Positions 17,733 through 27,268 of a stretch of 64,000 nucleotides of DNA are shown in pieces. Source of the stretch: Candidatus Latescibacterota bacterium (GTDB lineage: Bacteria > Latescibacterota > UBA2968 > UBA8231); NCBI GenBank assembly GCA_965243025.1, contig CBDETY010000003.1, positions 1,440,001 to 1,504,000 of the forward strand, written 5' to 3'. Below the pieces are notes generated by a model that made no database searches, had not been told where the DNA came from, and worked only from the letters and a program-made list of their open reading frames with translations. A program made the position numbers and the translations under genes. Positions within the stretch are counted from its first letter, which is position 1, and each line of letters starts with the position of its first letter.

Positions 17733-19817
17733 ATGCCAACATGGGTTCGGGATCTGCTGAGCCACGACGATCCCCGGGTGCGGTCGCAAGTCGGCCGCCA
17801 GCTGTTCGGCCACCGGGGCCGGAGCCACGGCCACGGCCTCGCAAGCGGGTCTCTCGTCGAATTCACGCATGGCGGCGGTCTCTGGTTCGGGGCGGTGCTG
17901 CGGAACCCCGGCCGCCGCCTTCTCGTCGTCGACGTCCGCGGCCGGGAACGCTGGTTGCGGCGCGACAAGATTCTCGACCTGTCGCCAGACAGGGCTCCAA
18001 CCCTGTCGAGGCAGGGGGTCATGTCCCATCTCCGCCGGATCGACGGGCAGCGCCAGGCCCGCAGCCTCGCCGTCGATCTCGAGCCGCTCTGGGAGATTGC
18101 CGCAGAGGAGGGGAAGGGCCGCGTGTGGTCCCTGGACGAGCTCGCCGAGCTCCAGTTCCGCGCTCCGGGAGCGGACGATCGCGTCGTCCTCCTGCGCGCC
18201 CTGTGGCACAGCCGGTTCTTCGCCCGCCACCCCGACGGGTGGTCCCCGCTCTCCCGCCAGGCACGGGCTCGAAGGGGCGAGCTCGAGTCTCTGAAGAAGC
18301 AGCAGGCGAAGGACCTGGCCGAAACCGCGGCCTGGGTTCGCCGTGTCGCCGACGGGGAAGCCCCCGATCCGCGTCCCGCAAACGCGGATGAAGCGGTCCG
18401 GTTGTTGCGGGAAGCGGCTGTTTTCGGCAGTGGAAGTCCGCGCCGCTCGCAAGCGGCCGCGCTGATGGAGAGGGCCCACCTTCACGGCCCCGGAGCCGCC
18501 TTCGATGTGCTCGTGCGGCTGGGGTTCTGGGACAGGCACGAGAACCTCGAACTGCACAGGTGCGGGGTGCCGCTGGAATTCTCTCCCGAATCCCTGGACG
18601 AAGTCGAAAGAATCGCCGCGGTGGTCGGCGGGGTCTCCGCGACCCGGGCCTGGCGCCGCCCCTGCGCCTTCGCAGACCCTGCCGACCAGACAGCGGACGT
18701 CGCCCTCCTGGCGCGGCGCACGATCCGGGGATTCCGGGTGCAGGTCTACCTGCCACTGGTGGCAGCCGCGGTTCCAGCCGGCAGCGCCCTCGACCGGGAT
18801 GCCGCCAACCGCGCCACCAGCATCGAGCTTCCGGACCGGCGAATCCCCTTGCTCCCCCCGGCCGTGGAAGGAGCCGTGCGCTTCCGCGGCGAACGGGCAG
18901 CTCCCTCCCTGCGAATCGAGGCGGTGCTGGGAGGCGACCTGAGCATCCGCGATTGCCGCATCGCCCTGCGCCGCATCCGCCCGCGCATGGTTTCCCCGGA
19001 CTCCGAAACCGAAGGCCGGGCGGCCGGCCGTTTGCGGACCCTGGCGGAGATTGCCGCCGGACTGCGCGCCCGCCGGCAAGGGAGGCTGCCGGCGGAGAGA
19101 GTGCCGGAAGATGATCCGGACATTCGCGTTGCGGGCAGCAGGGTGACGGTCTCCCGCCCCGACAGCATGGGGAGGATGATCCTGGAGGAATGCGTGAACG
19201 TCGCCAGCGAGGCCCTGGGCGCCTGGTGTGAGAAGCAGGGGGTCCCGGCGCTGTACAGGACCCGGCCTCTGCCGCCGCCATTGCCGCCCGAAGCGGGGGA
19301 CGAACAGGAACCGGATGACTCCGGCCGCTTGCGATCCTACCTGTTGCGCAAGGCGGGTACGCCGGAGTCGATGCAAGTGAAGCCGGCGGAACACGAAGCC
19401 CTCGGCCTGTCCGGATGCGCCGCCGGAACGGCGCCGCTCGACCGCTACGAGCACCTCGTCATGCAGAGACAGCTGATCGCCGCGATAAAGGGCGGGACCC
19501 CGGTCGGCGAAGAGGAGTTGGAGCGCCTGCTCAGCGAATGCAGGGCGGGAATCGAAGCCGCTCGCCGGGTCGAAAGACACGGCCGCCGCTACTGGCTTCT
19601 GGCCGCCCTGCAGCCGTACCAGGGAGCCGACCTCGAAGCGACGGTCGTACGGCGCGCCGGCGTGGGGTATACGGTCCTGCTCGACCGGTTCGACATCGAG
19701 GGGTACGTGGCGGCAACCGAGATGTCCGCCCATACCGGGGACCGGGTCATGGTCCACCTGCAGCAGGCTTCGCCCAGGAGAAACCTGCTGCGCCTCGCCG
19801 GTCTTCGCCGCCGCTGA
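17733..19817 (+). CDS. RNase II/R (RNB domain) family protein with degenerate active site and C-terminal S1 domain
   Basis: Strong SD (GGAGGAGG); LDRDAANRATSIELPDRRIPLLP, ILEECVNVA, PALYRT, HEALGL, APLDRYEHLVMQRQL, GDRVMVHL. Confidence 0.75.
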   Translation: MPTWVRDLLSHDDPRVRSQVGRQLFGHRGRSHGHGLASGSLVEFTHGGGLWFGAVLRNPGRRLLVVDVRGRERWLRRDKILDLSPDRAPTLSRQGVMSHLRRIDGQRQARSLAVDLEPLWEIAAEEGKGRVWSLDELAELQFRAPGADDRVVLLRALWHSRFFARHPDGWSPLSRQARARRGELESLKKQQAKDLAETAAWVRRVADGEAPDPRPANADEAVRLLREAAVFGSGSPRRSQAAALMERAHLHGPGAAFDVLVRLGFWDRHENLELHRCGVPLEFSPESLDEVERIAAVVGGVSATRAWRRPCAFADPADQTADVALLARRTIRGFRVQVYLPLVAAAVPAGSALDRDAANRATSIELPDRRIPLLPPAVEGAVRFRGERAAPSLRIEAVLGGDLSIRDCRIALRRIRPRMVSPDSETEGRAAGRLRTLAEIAAGLRARRQGRLPAERVPEDDPDIRVAGSRVTVSRPDSMGRMILEECVNVASEALGAWCEKQGVPALYRTRPLPPPLPPEAGDEQEPDDSGRLRSYLLRKAGTPESMQVKPAEHEALGLSGCAAGTAPLDRYEHLVMQRQLIAAIKGGTPVGEEELERLLSECRAGIEAARRVERHGRRYWLLAALQPYQGADLEATVVRRAGVGYTVLLDRFDIEGYVAATEMSAHTGDRVMVHLQQASPRRNLLRLAGLRRR

Positions 19818-19921
19818 CTCCCACCTTCCGGCCTCCCGCGATCCGGCTGCGGGCAGTGGAAACGCCGCCTGCTATTCGCTTGATTTCCGCGCTGTCGGCA
19901 ACCCGAGAAAAAGGAGGAGGC

Positions 19922-20974
19922 ATGACGGCGCTGAAGGTCGGGATCATCGGGGTGGGCGGGATATCGCGGTCCCACATGCCCGGGTGGCGGGCTTCGGAAC
20001 ATGCGGAAGTGGTCGCCGGGTCCGATATCGACGCTGCCGTGCTGCGGTCCTGGGGGGAGGAGCAGGGAGTCTCCAGGCTGTACGAGGCTCCCCAAGAGCT
20101 GTTCTCCGACCGGGAAATCGACATCGTCGACATATGCGTTCCCAACATGCACCACGCCCCGCTCGCCGTCGCCGCGCTCGAAGCCGGAAAGCACGTGATC
20201 TGTGAGAAGCCCCTGGCGCCGACCCCGGACCTGGTGCGCCAGATGATCGCGGCGCGCGACATGTCGGGAAAAAAGCTGATGACCGCCCAGCACTTCCGCT
20301 TCGAGCCCTCGTCCCGGGCGATGAAGGCGGAGATCGAACTGGGAGTTCTCGGGGACATCTACCACGCCCGCAGCTGGATGCTGCGCCGCGGCTTCGCCCC
20401 GACCGGATCCGGCTTCGTTCAGCGGCGCCTGAGCGGCGGCGGTCCGTGCATCGATATCGGGGTCCACATTCTCGATCTCACCCTCTGGTTCATGGGCAAC
20501 CCGCGGCCGGCCGCGGTCAGCGGCGTCGCCCGCGCCGGGATCGCCAGGCAGGAGGGGGCCTTCGGCGGCGGGCGCCGCTCGATTCCCCCGGAATTCGACG
20601 TCGAGGATTTCGCCGCGGCTTTCGTCCGCTTCGAAAACGGCGCCACCCTGGTCCTCGAAGTGAGCTGGCTCCTCCACCACGACACCGCCGGCGAGGACAT
20701 GCAGATGTGGCTGTACGGGACGGCCGGCGGTCTGCACTGGCCCAGGTGCGAGATCCTGGAGACCAACTACCGGACCCGGCAGTTCTACAACAGGGTCCTG
20801 AAGCTGATGCCGGAAGGTCTCGAGGCCCACGCCCAGGAGTGCGTCGAGTTTGCGCGGGCGGTCGCCGAGGACGCCCCCTCGCCGGTGCCGGCGGAGCAGT
20901 CGCTGCAGGTGATGGCGATCCTCGACGGCATCTACCGCAGCCAGGGGGCGGGGGCGGAAGTCAGGCTGGATTAG
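19922..20974 (+). CDS. Gfo/Idh/MocA family oxidoreductase
   Basis: KVGIIGVGGI, ICVPNMHH, GKHVICEKP, GGGPCIDIGVHILD; strong SD. Confidence 0.9.
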   Translation: MTALKVGIIGVGGISRSHMPGWRASEHAEVVAGSDIDAAVLRSWGEEQGVSRLYEAPQELFSDREIDIVDICVPNMHHAPLAVAALEAGKHVICEKPLAPTPDLVRQMIAARDMSGKKLMTAQHFRFEPSSRAMKAEIELGVLGDIYHARSWMLRRGFAPTGSGFVQRRLSGGGPCIDIGVHILDLTLWFMGNPRPAAVSGVARAGIARQEGAFGGGRRSIPPEFDVEDFAAAFVRFENGATLVLEVSWLLHHDTAGEDMQMWLYGTAGGLHWPRCEILETNYRTRQFYNRVLKLMPEGLEAHAQECVEFARAVAEDAPSPVPAEQSLQVMAILDGIYRSQGAGAEVRLD

Positions 20975-21044
20975 CGTCCCAACAGGGGGTGTTGCTTCCC
21001 ACAGTCCCCCCGGGCAGCTCCCGCTCGGGAGGTTCCAGCCCGGG

Positions 21045-22760
21045 TCAACCCCAGAGCTCGGCCATTTCGTCCGCTTCGAGGGTATTTATCACGTCGGCCG
21101 CTTCGAGCCAGCCCTTGCGGCCCATGCTCACCCCCAACCCGATGTAATCGAGATGGGCGATCCGGTGGGCGTCGGTGTTGATGGCGATCCGGACACCCCG
21201 CTCCCGGGCTTTCCTGACCCAGCGCCAGTCGAGATCGAGCCGGTCCGGCTGCGCGTTCAGCTCCAGGGCAACTCCGTTGCCCGCGGCCGCCTCGATGACG
21301 GCCTCCATATCGATCTCCCATCCCTGCCGCTGATTGAGGATCCTGCCCTCGGGGTGGGCGAGGATGCGGGTATTCGGGTGCTCGAGGGCGCGGATCACCC
21401 GCGCCGTCTGCGTCGGCTCGTCAAGGTTCATTCCGTTGTGGACGGCGGCGACGACGAAATCGAACTGCGCCAGCAGTCCGTCGTCGTAATCGAGGCTGCC
21501 GTCCCTCCGGATGTCGCATTCGATCCCCTTGAATACCCGGAAGTCTTCCCAGGCCCCGTTGACGGCATCGATCTCCCGGTGCTGTTCGGCCACCTCCTCC
21601 GGCTTGAGTCCGAAAACGTACCCGGCGGACTGGCTGTGGTCGCAGATGCCGAGACAGGAATAGCCGCGCCCCCGCACCGCGGCGGCCATCCCGGCGACGG
21701 TGTCCCTGCCGTCGCTGTACGAGGTGTGCACGTGCAGGATGCCGCGAATGTCCGCGGGCCGGATGAGGTCGGGCAGGGTCCCTTGGGCGGCAGCTTCGAC
21801 TTCGCCGAGGCCCTCGCGCAGTTCCGGGGGAATGAAGTCCAGCCCGAGGGCGGCGAAGAGGTCGGCCTCCGCGGCACAGGGAACCGCGTCCCCGGACCGG
21901 TCGAAGAGCCCGTACTCGTTCAGACGCATGCCTCTGCCGAGAGCGCGGGACCGCATGGCGACGTTGTGGTCCCTGCTGCCGGTGAAGTGATGGAGCAGGG
22001 CTGGGAACCGGTCGTCGGAGACGATCCTCAGGTCGGCCTGGATGCCGCTGTGCAGGCGCACGGAGGTCCCGGTGTCTCCCCTGGCGATCACCTCGCGCAC
22101 TGCCCGGTGTCCGGCGAAGGCGGCCGAAACCGCGGCGGGGTCGTCGCTGCCGGCGACGATGTCGATATCCCTGACCGTCTCCCGGCTGCGCCGCAGGCTG
22201 CCGGCGATGGCCGCTCTGGTCGCCGGGAGAGCGCGCAGGGACTCGCACAGCTCCCCGGCCTGGGCGGATGCATCGCGCAGCAGCCAACACTGTCCGAACT
22301 CGCGCAGGCGGGCGACCGCGGCGAGGATGTTGTCCCGGGTCTTTGCCCCGAAGCCGCCGAGGCGGTCGAGGCGGCCGTCCCGGCATGCCCTTTCCAGGTC
22401 CTCCACCGACTCGATTCCGGCGCCGTCGTAGAGCGCCCGTACCTTCCGGACGCCGAGCCCGGGAATCCGCAGGATGTCCAGCAGCCCCTCGGGGACCCTC
22501 CCTTTCAGGGTCTCGTGGGCCTGTGCGGAACCGGTTTGCAGGAACTCGGTTACCAGCTCCTCCACTCCCCTCCCGATTCCCTCGATTTCGGTCAGCGTGC
22601 CGTCCGCCGCCATGGCTGCGGCATCGACACCGAGCTCCTCGATAAGGCGCGCCGCGTTGGTTATGGCGCGCACCCGGAAAGGGTTGGCCCCGTCGATCTC
22701 CATCAGGGCGCCGTGGCGGTTGAGGAAATCGACGATATCGGCGTTGGCCCCGACGCTCAT
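21045..22760 (-). CDS. polX: DNA polymerase X / 3'-5' exonuclease (PolX-PHP)
   Basis: NPFRVRA, HhH IEGIG and IPGLG, AGSLRR..ETVRDIDIV, HFTGSRDHN, LNEYGL, IPPELRE, PHP motifs HVHTSYSDG, CDHS, AHP, NTDAH. Confidence 0.92.
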   Translation of the reverse strand: MSVGANADIVDFLNRHGALMEIDGANPFRVRAITNAARLIEELGVDAAAMAADGTLTEIEGIGRGVEELVTEFLQTGSAQAHETLKGRVPEGLLDILRIPGLGVRKVRALYDGAGIESVEDLERACRDGRLDRLGGFGAKTRDNILAAVARLREFGQCWLLRDASAQAGELCESLRALPATRAAIAGSLRRSRETVRDIDIVAGSDDPAAVSAAFAGHRAVREVIARGDTGTSVRLHSGIQADLRIVSDDRFPALLHHFTGSRDHNVAMRSRALGRGMRLNEYGLFDRSGDAVPCAAEADLFAALGLDFIPPELREGLGEVEAAAQGTLPDLIRPADIRGILHVHTSYSDGRDTVAGMAAAVRGRGYSCLGICDHSQSAGYVFGLKPEEVAEQHREIDAVNGAWEDFRVFKGIECDIRRDGSLDYDDGLLAQFDFVVAAVHNGMNLDEPTQTARVIRALEHPNTRILAHPEGRILNQRQGWEIDMEAVIEAAAGNGVALELNAQPDRLDLDWRWVRKARERGVRIAINTDAHRIAHLDYIGLGVSMGRKGWLEAADVINTLEADEMAELWG

Positions 22761-23593
22761 GCGGTCCCTTCCCGCAACCGCGCGAGGAGCTCGAGCATCT
22801 GCGCTGTGAGCAGCTCGTTGCCGGCGACGAGCCCCGGTTCTACGAGGGTGCAGGGCTGATTGTATCGCCGCACCTGTCCGTCGAGATCGAGCATCCGGCC
22901 CCCGGCTTCGCGCACCAGCAGGTCGCCGGCGCAGACGTCCCACTCGTTTTTCGGCTTCACGCTGACATTTAGGTCGCCCTTACCGGCTGCGACGAGGGCG
23001 AGTTTGTAGGCGACGCTGCCGACGGGACGCACCCGGGCGAGGTGGGGGCGCAGGGGATCGATCTCGCCGCGCGCCGTTTCGCTGCGGCTGACGATCAAGG
23101 TCGCCCGGTCCAGCCGGTCCGTGGGGGTGCAGAAGATCCGTTTGCCGTTGAGAAAACAGCCGCCCCCGCGCACGGCGCTGAACAGCTCATCGGCGACCGG
23201 GTTGAAGATGACGGCCACGACCGGATCCCCATCCTCGACCAGGGCAATGGAGGTGCCGAACTCCCCGATCCGTTCGAGGAATTCCATGGTGCCGTCGATC
23301 GGGTCGACGATCCACAGGCGCCGCTTACGGAGGCGCCCGGGGGAGTCGACGCTTTCCTCGGAAAGCCAGCCGCAGCCCGGGGAGGCAGCGGTCAGCAGCT
23401 CGCGCAGGCAGGCGTCGACCTCCAGGTCCGCCCGGGTAACCGGATCGTACCGGGCGGCCGACTGCTCCCCGGGCAGCATGCCGCCCGGGCCGCTCCCCTT
23501 GTCGCGGATTCTTTTCGCGGTGCCGTAGTGTGACAGCAGTATCCGGCCAGCTTCACGGGCCGCGGCGATGGCGGCATCCAGCTCGGGTCTCAT
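22757..23593 (-). CDS. Inositol monophosphatase / CysQ-like 3'(2'),5'-bisphosphate nucleotidase
   Basis: PVTRAD, LSEE, WIVDPIDGT, GSVAYKL, EWDVCAG. Confidence 0.85.
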   Translation of the reverse strand: MRPELDAAIAAAREAGRILLSHYGTAKRIRDKGSGPGGMLPGEQSAARYDPVTRADLEVDACLRELLTAASPGCGWLSEESVDSPGRLRKRRLWIVDPIDGTMEFLERIGEFGTSIALVEDGDPVVAVIFNPVADELFSAVRGGGCFLNGKRIFCTPTDRLDRATLIVSRSETARGEIDPLRPHLARVRPVGSVAYKLALVAAGKGDLNVSVKPKNEWDVCAGDLLVREAGGRMLDLDGQVRRYNQPCTLVEPGLVAGNELLTAQMLELLARLREGTA

Positions 23594-23662
23594 GGGGCAA
23601 CTTCAGCCATGGTTGGCAGGCGTGCTGACAGGCGAGGCAAGGCTTTTAGTCCGGGCCCCGTC

Positions 23663-23692
23663 TTGACAATTCCGGGCGGCCTCCGGTAATCT
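23663..23692 (+). promoter_or_regulatory. Putative sigma70 promoter (TTGACA-18-TAATCT)
   Basis: Consensus -35 and a TAnnnT -10 about 70 bp upstream of ATG 23763. Confidence 0.45.
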
Positions 23693-23762
23693 AAACAGAT
23701 GGGAGACAGCTTCTAACCGCCCCGTTGACACCGGTTCTCCCCGATTTCAAAGGAAGAGTCAC

Positions 23763-24422
23763 ATGATTCCAAGGAACGCCTTGTGCTGCAATATGATAAT
23801 AGCAGTCGCGGTTGTGGGGTTTTCAGTGGCCCCCTACCCCCTCTACGGAGACGCTGACCGCATCGCCGCGACCCTGGAAAAGATGGCGGCCGAGGAATCC
23901 TGGGGAGAAGTCGTCCTCAAGTCCGGCAAGGTCCGCGCGATTCAGGTGGTGTCGATCGAGGGAGAGGAAATCTCCGTTCGCGAGGTGGTCGGCGCCCTGC
24001 ACGAGCGCCCCGCGACCTACTCGCTCGATCAACTGCACTCGATCCGGGAGCTGGGAAACCGCCGCATCGCCATGCGCCCGGCGGCCTACCAGCCGCGGCG
24101 CTCGCTGCTGGCGGCCCTGCTGATCGAGACGCCGATCCCCGGAGGGGGGTTCTTTTACATCGGGGAATCCCGCCAGGGTTTCTCGCTGCTGCTTTTCTCA
24201 GCCGCCGCGGCAGGGACCGGATTCCTGGCGGGAAGAGAGGGCGCGGCCGGCTGGGTGCCGATCGTCGCCTGGACCAAGCTCGCCTCCCTGCTCCATCTGC
24301 GCGACCAGGTGGGCGCCATAAATGCCTACCACGAGCGCCAGCTCGAGGCCGACACCCGGTATGGGGAGGCCGGGCGGACGCCATCGTCCCCCCCCTTCCT
24401 CCGCCTGGGCTTCCGGTTCTGA
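23763..24422 (+). CDS. Hypothetical exported or membrane protein
   Basis: Signal-like N-terminus; SLLAALL..IPGGGFFYIG (TM2-like) motif; ends LRLGFRF (terminal Phe). Confidence 0.6.
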   Translation: MIPRNALCCNMIIAVAVVGFSVAPYPLYGDADRIAATLEKMAAEESWGEVVLKSGKVRAIQVVSIEGEEISVREVVGALHERPATYSLDQLHSIRELGNRRIAMRPAAYQPRRSLLAALLIETPIPGGGFFYIGESRQGFSLLLFSAAAAGTGFLAGREGAAGWVPIVAWTKLASLLHLRDQVGAINAYHERQLEADTRYGEAGRTPSSPPFLRLGFRF

Positions 24423-24589
24423 TCCGGTAGCGAACGACAGGCTGCAGGAGCATCGGTCCGGGACCGCCGGCCGGATCCGGTCCTCCCGGAAATCCGGGTC
24501 AGTCCTTCAACGCCGCTGGAGGCCGCCCTGCGCGGCTCGGCGATTCCCGGCCGGGGCGTGGGGACAGACCGCAATTCCCACCGAGACAG

Positions 24590-25303
24590 TCAGTCGCTTC
24601 GCCCGAAGTCGATAACCCGCTTTTGAGGCGACAGGTCGATTTCGTCGACGACGGCGCCTTCCCGGGAATCCAGGGCGAAAGAGACCGCGGCGGCGACATC
24701 GACCGGTAGAAGGTGCTCGCCAAGTTCGGCGCCGGGGCGGAAATCCAGCATTTCGTGAAAGGCGGTCCGCACCATGCCGGGATTGACGAGGCAGACGCGG
24801 ATTCGGCTGGCGGCGGTCTCCTCGCGGATCGATTGCGCAAACCCCCGCAGGGCGAACTTGGCGGCGCAGTAGAGCGAACCCCGGCGCCCCCCTTTGACCG
24901 CTGCTTCCGAACCGATCAGCACGATGTCTCCCCTGCCCCGCCTCCGGAATTCCGGGAGAACGGCGCGCACGAGAAGAACCTGGCTTGTGAAGTTGAGGTC
25001 GAGAGAGCGGCGGATCCGGCCGCTGGAGAACTGTTCGAGGCTGCCGAAAACCGGCTCTCCGGCGTTGCAGACGAGGGCATCGAGGTCCGGGTGAGCAGCG
25101 GCTATCCCGGCCAGCCGATCGGGCAGCGCGTCGAGGTCGGCGAGGTCGATCCCGATCGCATCGAAGCCCGCCAGGCTGCGACCGGGGAATTTGCCGAAGT
25201 CCCGGGCGAGTCCGACGACCCGGTCCCCGGCTTCCAGGCGGGCCTCGCACACGGCGCGGCCGATTCCGGCGCTCGCTCCCGAAACCAGAACCTTCCGGCT
25301 CAT
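24590..25303 (-). CDS. Short-chain dehydrogenase/reductase
   Basis: VSGASAGIG, CNAG, GS, YCAAKF, NPGMVRT; 4-bp overlap with the upstream radical SAM gene. Confidence 0.9.
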   Translation of the reverse strand: MSRKVLVSGASAGIGRAVCEARLEAGDRVVGLARDFGKFPGRSLAGFDAIGIDLADLDALPDRLAGIAAAHPDLDALVCNAGEPVFGSLEQFSSGRIRRSLDLNFTSQVLLVRAVLPEFRRRGRGDIVLIGSEAAVKGGRRGSLYCAAKFALRGFAQSIREETAASRIRVCLVNPGMVRTAFHEMLDFRPGAELGEHLLPVDVAAAVSFALDSREGAVVDEIDLSPQKRVIDFGRSD

Positions 25304-26322
25304 ACCGCTGCCCCGGCGCCGGTGGTCGGGTACGGGAAGACTGCATCATCCGGTACGTAACGCCGCAGCTCCTCGAGACAGAAACCGAGCATCTCTTCGC
25401 GAAGGTTTCCGGGATACCCGGTTTCCCCGCCGGCTTCCTCGAGGCCCCGGGCCAACAGCGCTTCCTCCGGGTAGAGAGCTTCCATGCGGCGGTGGAAGCG
25501 CCGCGGCAGGCGCAGCGTTCCCAGGAATACCGAGTGGACGCTGCCGCCGCGGACCGCGGCGAAGGTTTCGGCGAACAGCCGCCTGTAGGACTGGTGAAAA
25601 CCCGGGGACCAGATGAGCGGATCGAAGCGCAGGCCGACGGGCCATCCTGCTTCCTGGAGCTGCGCCGCGGCGGCGATGCGGCTTCGCACCGGGGGAACCC
25701 CACTCTCGTGACTGGCCATCCCGGCCGGGTTGAGACTGTAGGCGACCACGACGTTCCCGAGGGCGGATTTCAGGGGAGCGGTGCGCACGCTCTTGGTGCG
25801 CAGTTCGAACAGGGCCTCCGGGTGGGCGGCGAAATAGGGAAGGAAGTCCTCGACGAATCCCGTGATCCCCTCCAGCGCCAGGCTGTCGCAATCGTAGCCG
25901 GTGAAAAAATGGGGCTCCCCGCTCGGTTCTCCTGAGGCGGGGGCCTGGAGCACCTCCTCGATGTCGGCCTTGAAGTCGTCGTAGTTGACGAAAACCACCA
26001 TGTGAGCGGAGCGGTACATCCCCTGGAGAAAGCAGTAGCGGCAATCGTAAACGCAGTTCAGCATGTGGGAGAAATAGAAATTTGCATTGCTGCCGATTCC
26101 GTAGCCCGCCGGCGCCGGCAGAACGCGACGCCCCTGCTTGGCCGCGAGGATGAGGGCGGGGTTGCGTTTCTGGAGCCGGAAGTTCTGCCCGGAGCGGTTG
26201 AAGATTTCGCCGTAGCGGGTACAGTCGACGACGCTGGCCGCGGGAAAGCGCCGGCAGATCTCCCGCGCGCGCTCGCAGTCCCGCACCGCTTCCTCGACGT
26301 AGATGAAGTCGAACACCGTCAC
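25300..26322 (-). CDS. Spore photoproduct lyase-like radical SAM protein
   Basis: CVYDCRYC-FLQG, TGYDCDSLA, ELRTKS, AYSLNP, R..AAAQL..AGWPVGLRFDPLI, LGTLR. Confidence 0.85.
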   Translation of the reverse strand: MTVFDFIYVEEAVRDCERAREICRRFPAASVVDCTRYGEIFNRSGQNFRLQKRNPALILAAKQGRRVLPAPAGYGIGSNANFYFSHMLNCVYDCRYCFLQGMYRSAHMVVFVNYDDFKADIEEVLQAPASGEPSGEPHFFTGYDCDSLALEGITGFVEDFLPYFAAHPEALFELRTKSVRTAPLKSALGNVVVAYSLNPAGMASHESGVPPVRSRIAAAAQLQEAGWPVGLRFDPLIWSPGFHQSYRRLFAETFAAVRGGSVHSVFLGTLRLPRRFHRRMEALYPEEALLARGLEEAGGETGYPGNLREEMLGFCLEELRRYVPDDAVFPYPTTGAGAAV

Positions 26323-27233
26323 CCCCCGGGGCCGGGAAGCGTGGATGCCAGGCGTTTCTTCAGCTGGCGAATGACTTCCCCCCCGGTGCGCAAGCCCTGT
26401 CCCTGAAAGTCGGCCCCGGCCTGCCCCGGGGCCGCCGCCCGCAGCCGTTGCAGCAGCAGCCGCAGCTGGTGCCGTTGCGTCTCGGTGAAATGCCGGCCTT
26501 CGAGAAGGCGCAGGTACTCCGGGTCGGCCGCAGTAAGCGGTCCGGGCAGGCGCAGGAGCGCCGCGATTTCGGCGATGATGTCGGCGACGAGCTGCAGGTG
26601 GGCGCCGATCAGGGTCCTCGCCCTGGCCGCGGTCACCGCCGCGGCGGGTACTTCCCGGTTGTCGGACACGACCTTCAGGCAGTGGACGAGCTCGGGGGTG
26701 GTCCGGGAACAGGCCGCAGCGAAGAAGGGGTGGGCTTCCATGTCGCAGGCGGCCTCGCCGGGGTACTCCCGCTGTTCCCGGGCGACGGTGACGACCTCGA
26801 CCGTGCCGCAGGCGGGAGTGAAGCAGAAAGTCGGGTAGAAGCTGCCGGTTTCCGGCTCCCCCAGGCTGATCTTGTGCGCAAGCACCGGGGTCCCCACCGG
26901 GAGCCGGCGGTGGCCGGCGATGCCGACGTTGAGCCAGGCGCAGGGCCGGCGGCCTTCCCCTTCGTCGCCGAACCCGCTTACCGCCGCCTCGGCGGCGGCG
27001 GCCCCGACGCCGCACGAGATCAGCGACAGGTCGATACCCCGCCGGTTCCCGGTCCAGATTCGCCGTCGCCCCGGGCCCGGGGCGGGTGCGGGCTTCAGCC
27101 CCAGGCCCCTGACCAGCGGCTCAGCCTCGGCGGGAAGGGCGCACAAAAGGCGGATGTCGACCCCGGGCAGGCTGCTGCCTTCGCCCCCTCCGCGAGCGTC
27201 GTTGACCGTTCTGTGCTCTTCATCCAACTTCAT
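26319..27233 (-). CDS. Nucleoside phosphorylase / MTA-SAH nucleosidase-fold protein (start uncertain)
   Basis: CALPAEA, SCGVG, WLNVGIAG, CDMEA, KVVSDN pattern of the PNP_UDP_1 fold. Confidence 0.7.
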   Translation of the reverse strand: MKLDEEHRTVNDARGGGEGSSLPGVDIRLLCALPAEAEPLVRGLGLKPAPAPGPGRRRIWTGNRRGIDLSLISCGVGAAAAEAAVSGFGDEGEGRRPCAWLNVGIAGHRRLPVGTPVLAHKISLGEPETGSFYPTFCFTPACGTVEVVTVAREQREYPGEAACDMEAHPFFAAACSRTTPELVHCLKVVSDNREVPAAAVTAARARTLIGAHLQLVADIIAEIAALLRLPGPLTAADPEYLRLLEGRHFTETQRHQLRLLLQRLRAAAPGQAGADFQGQGLRTGGEVIRQLKKRLASTLPGPGG

Positions 27234-27268
27234 GCAAAACAACAGCCAATGGTGCCAGGGGAGGCGGA

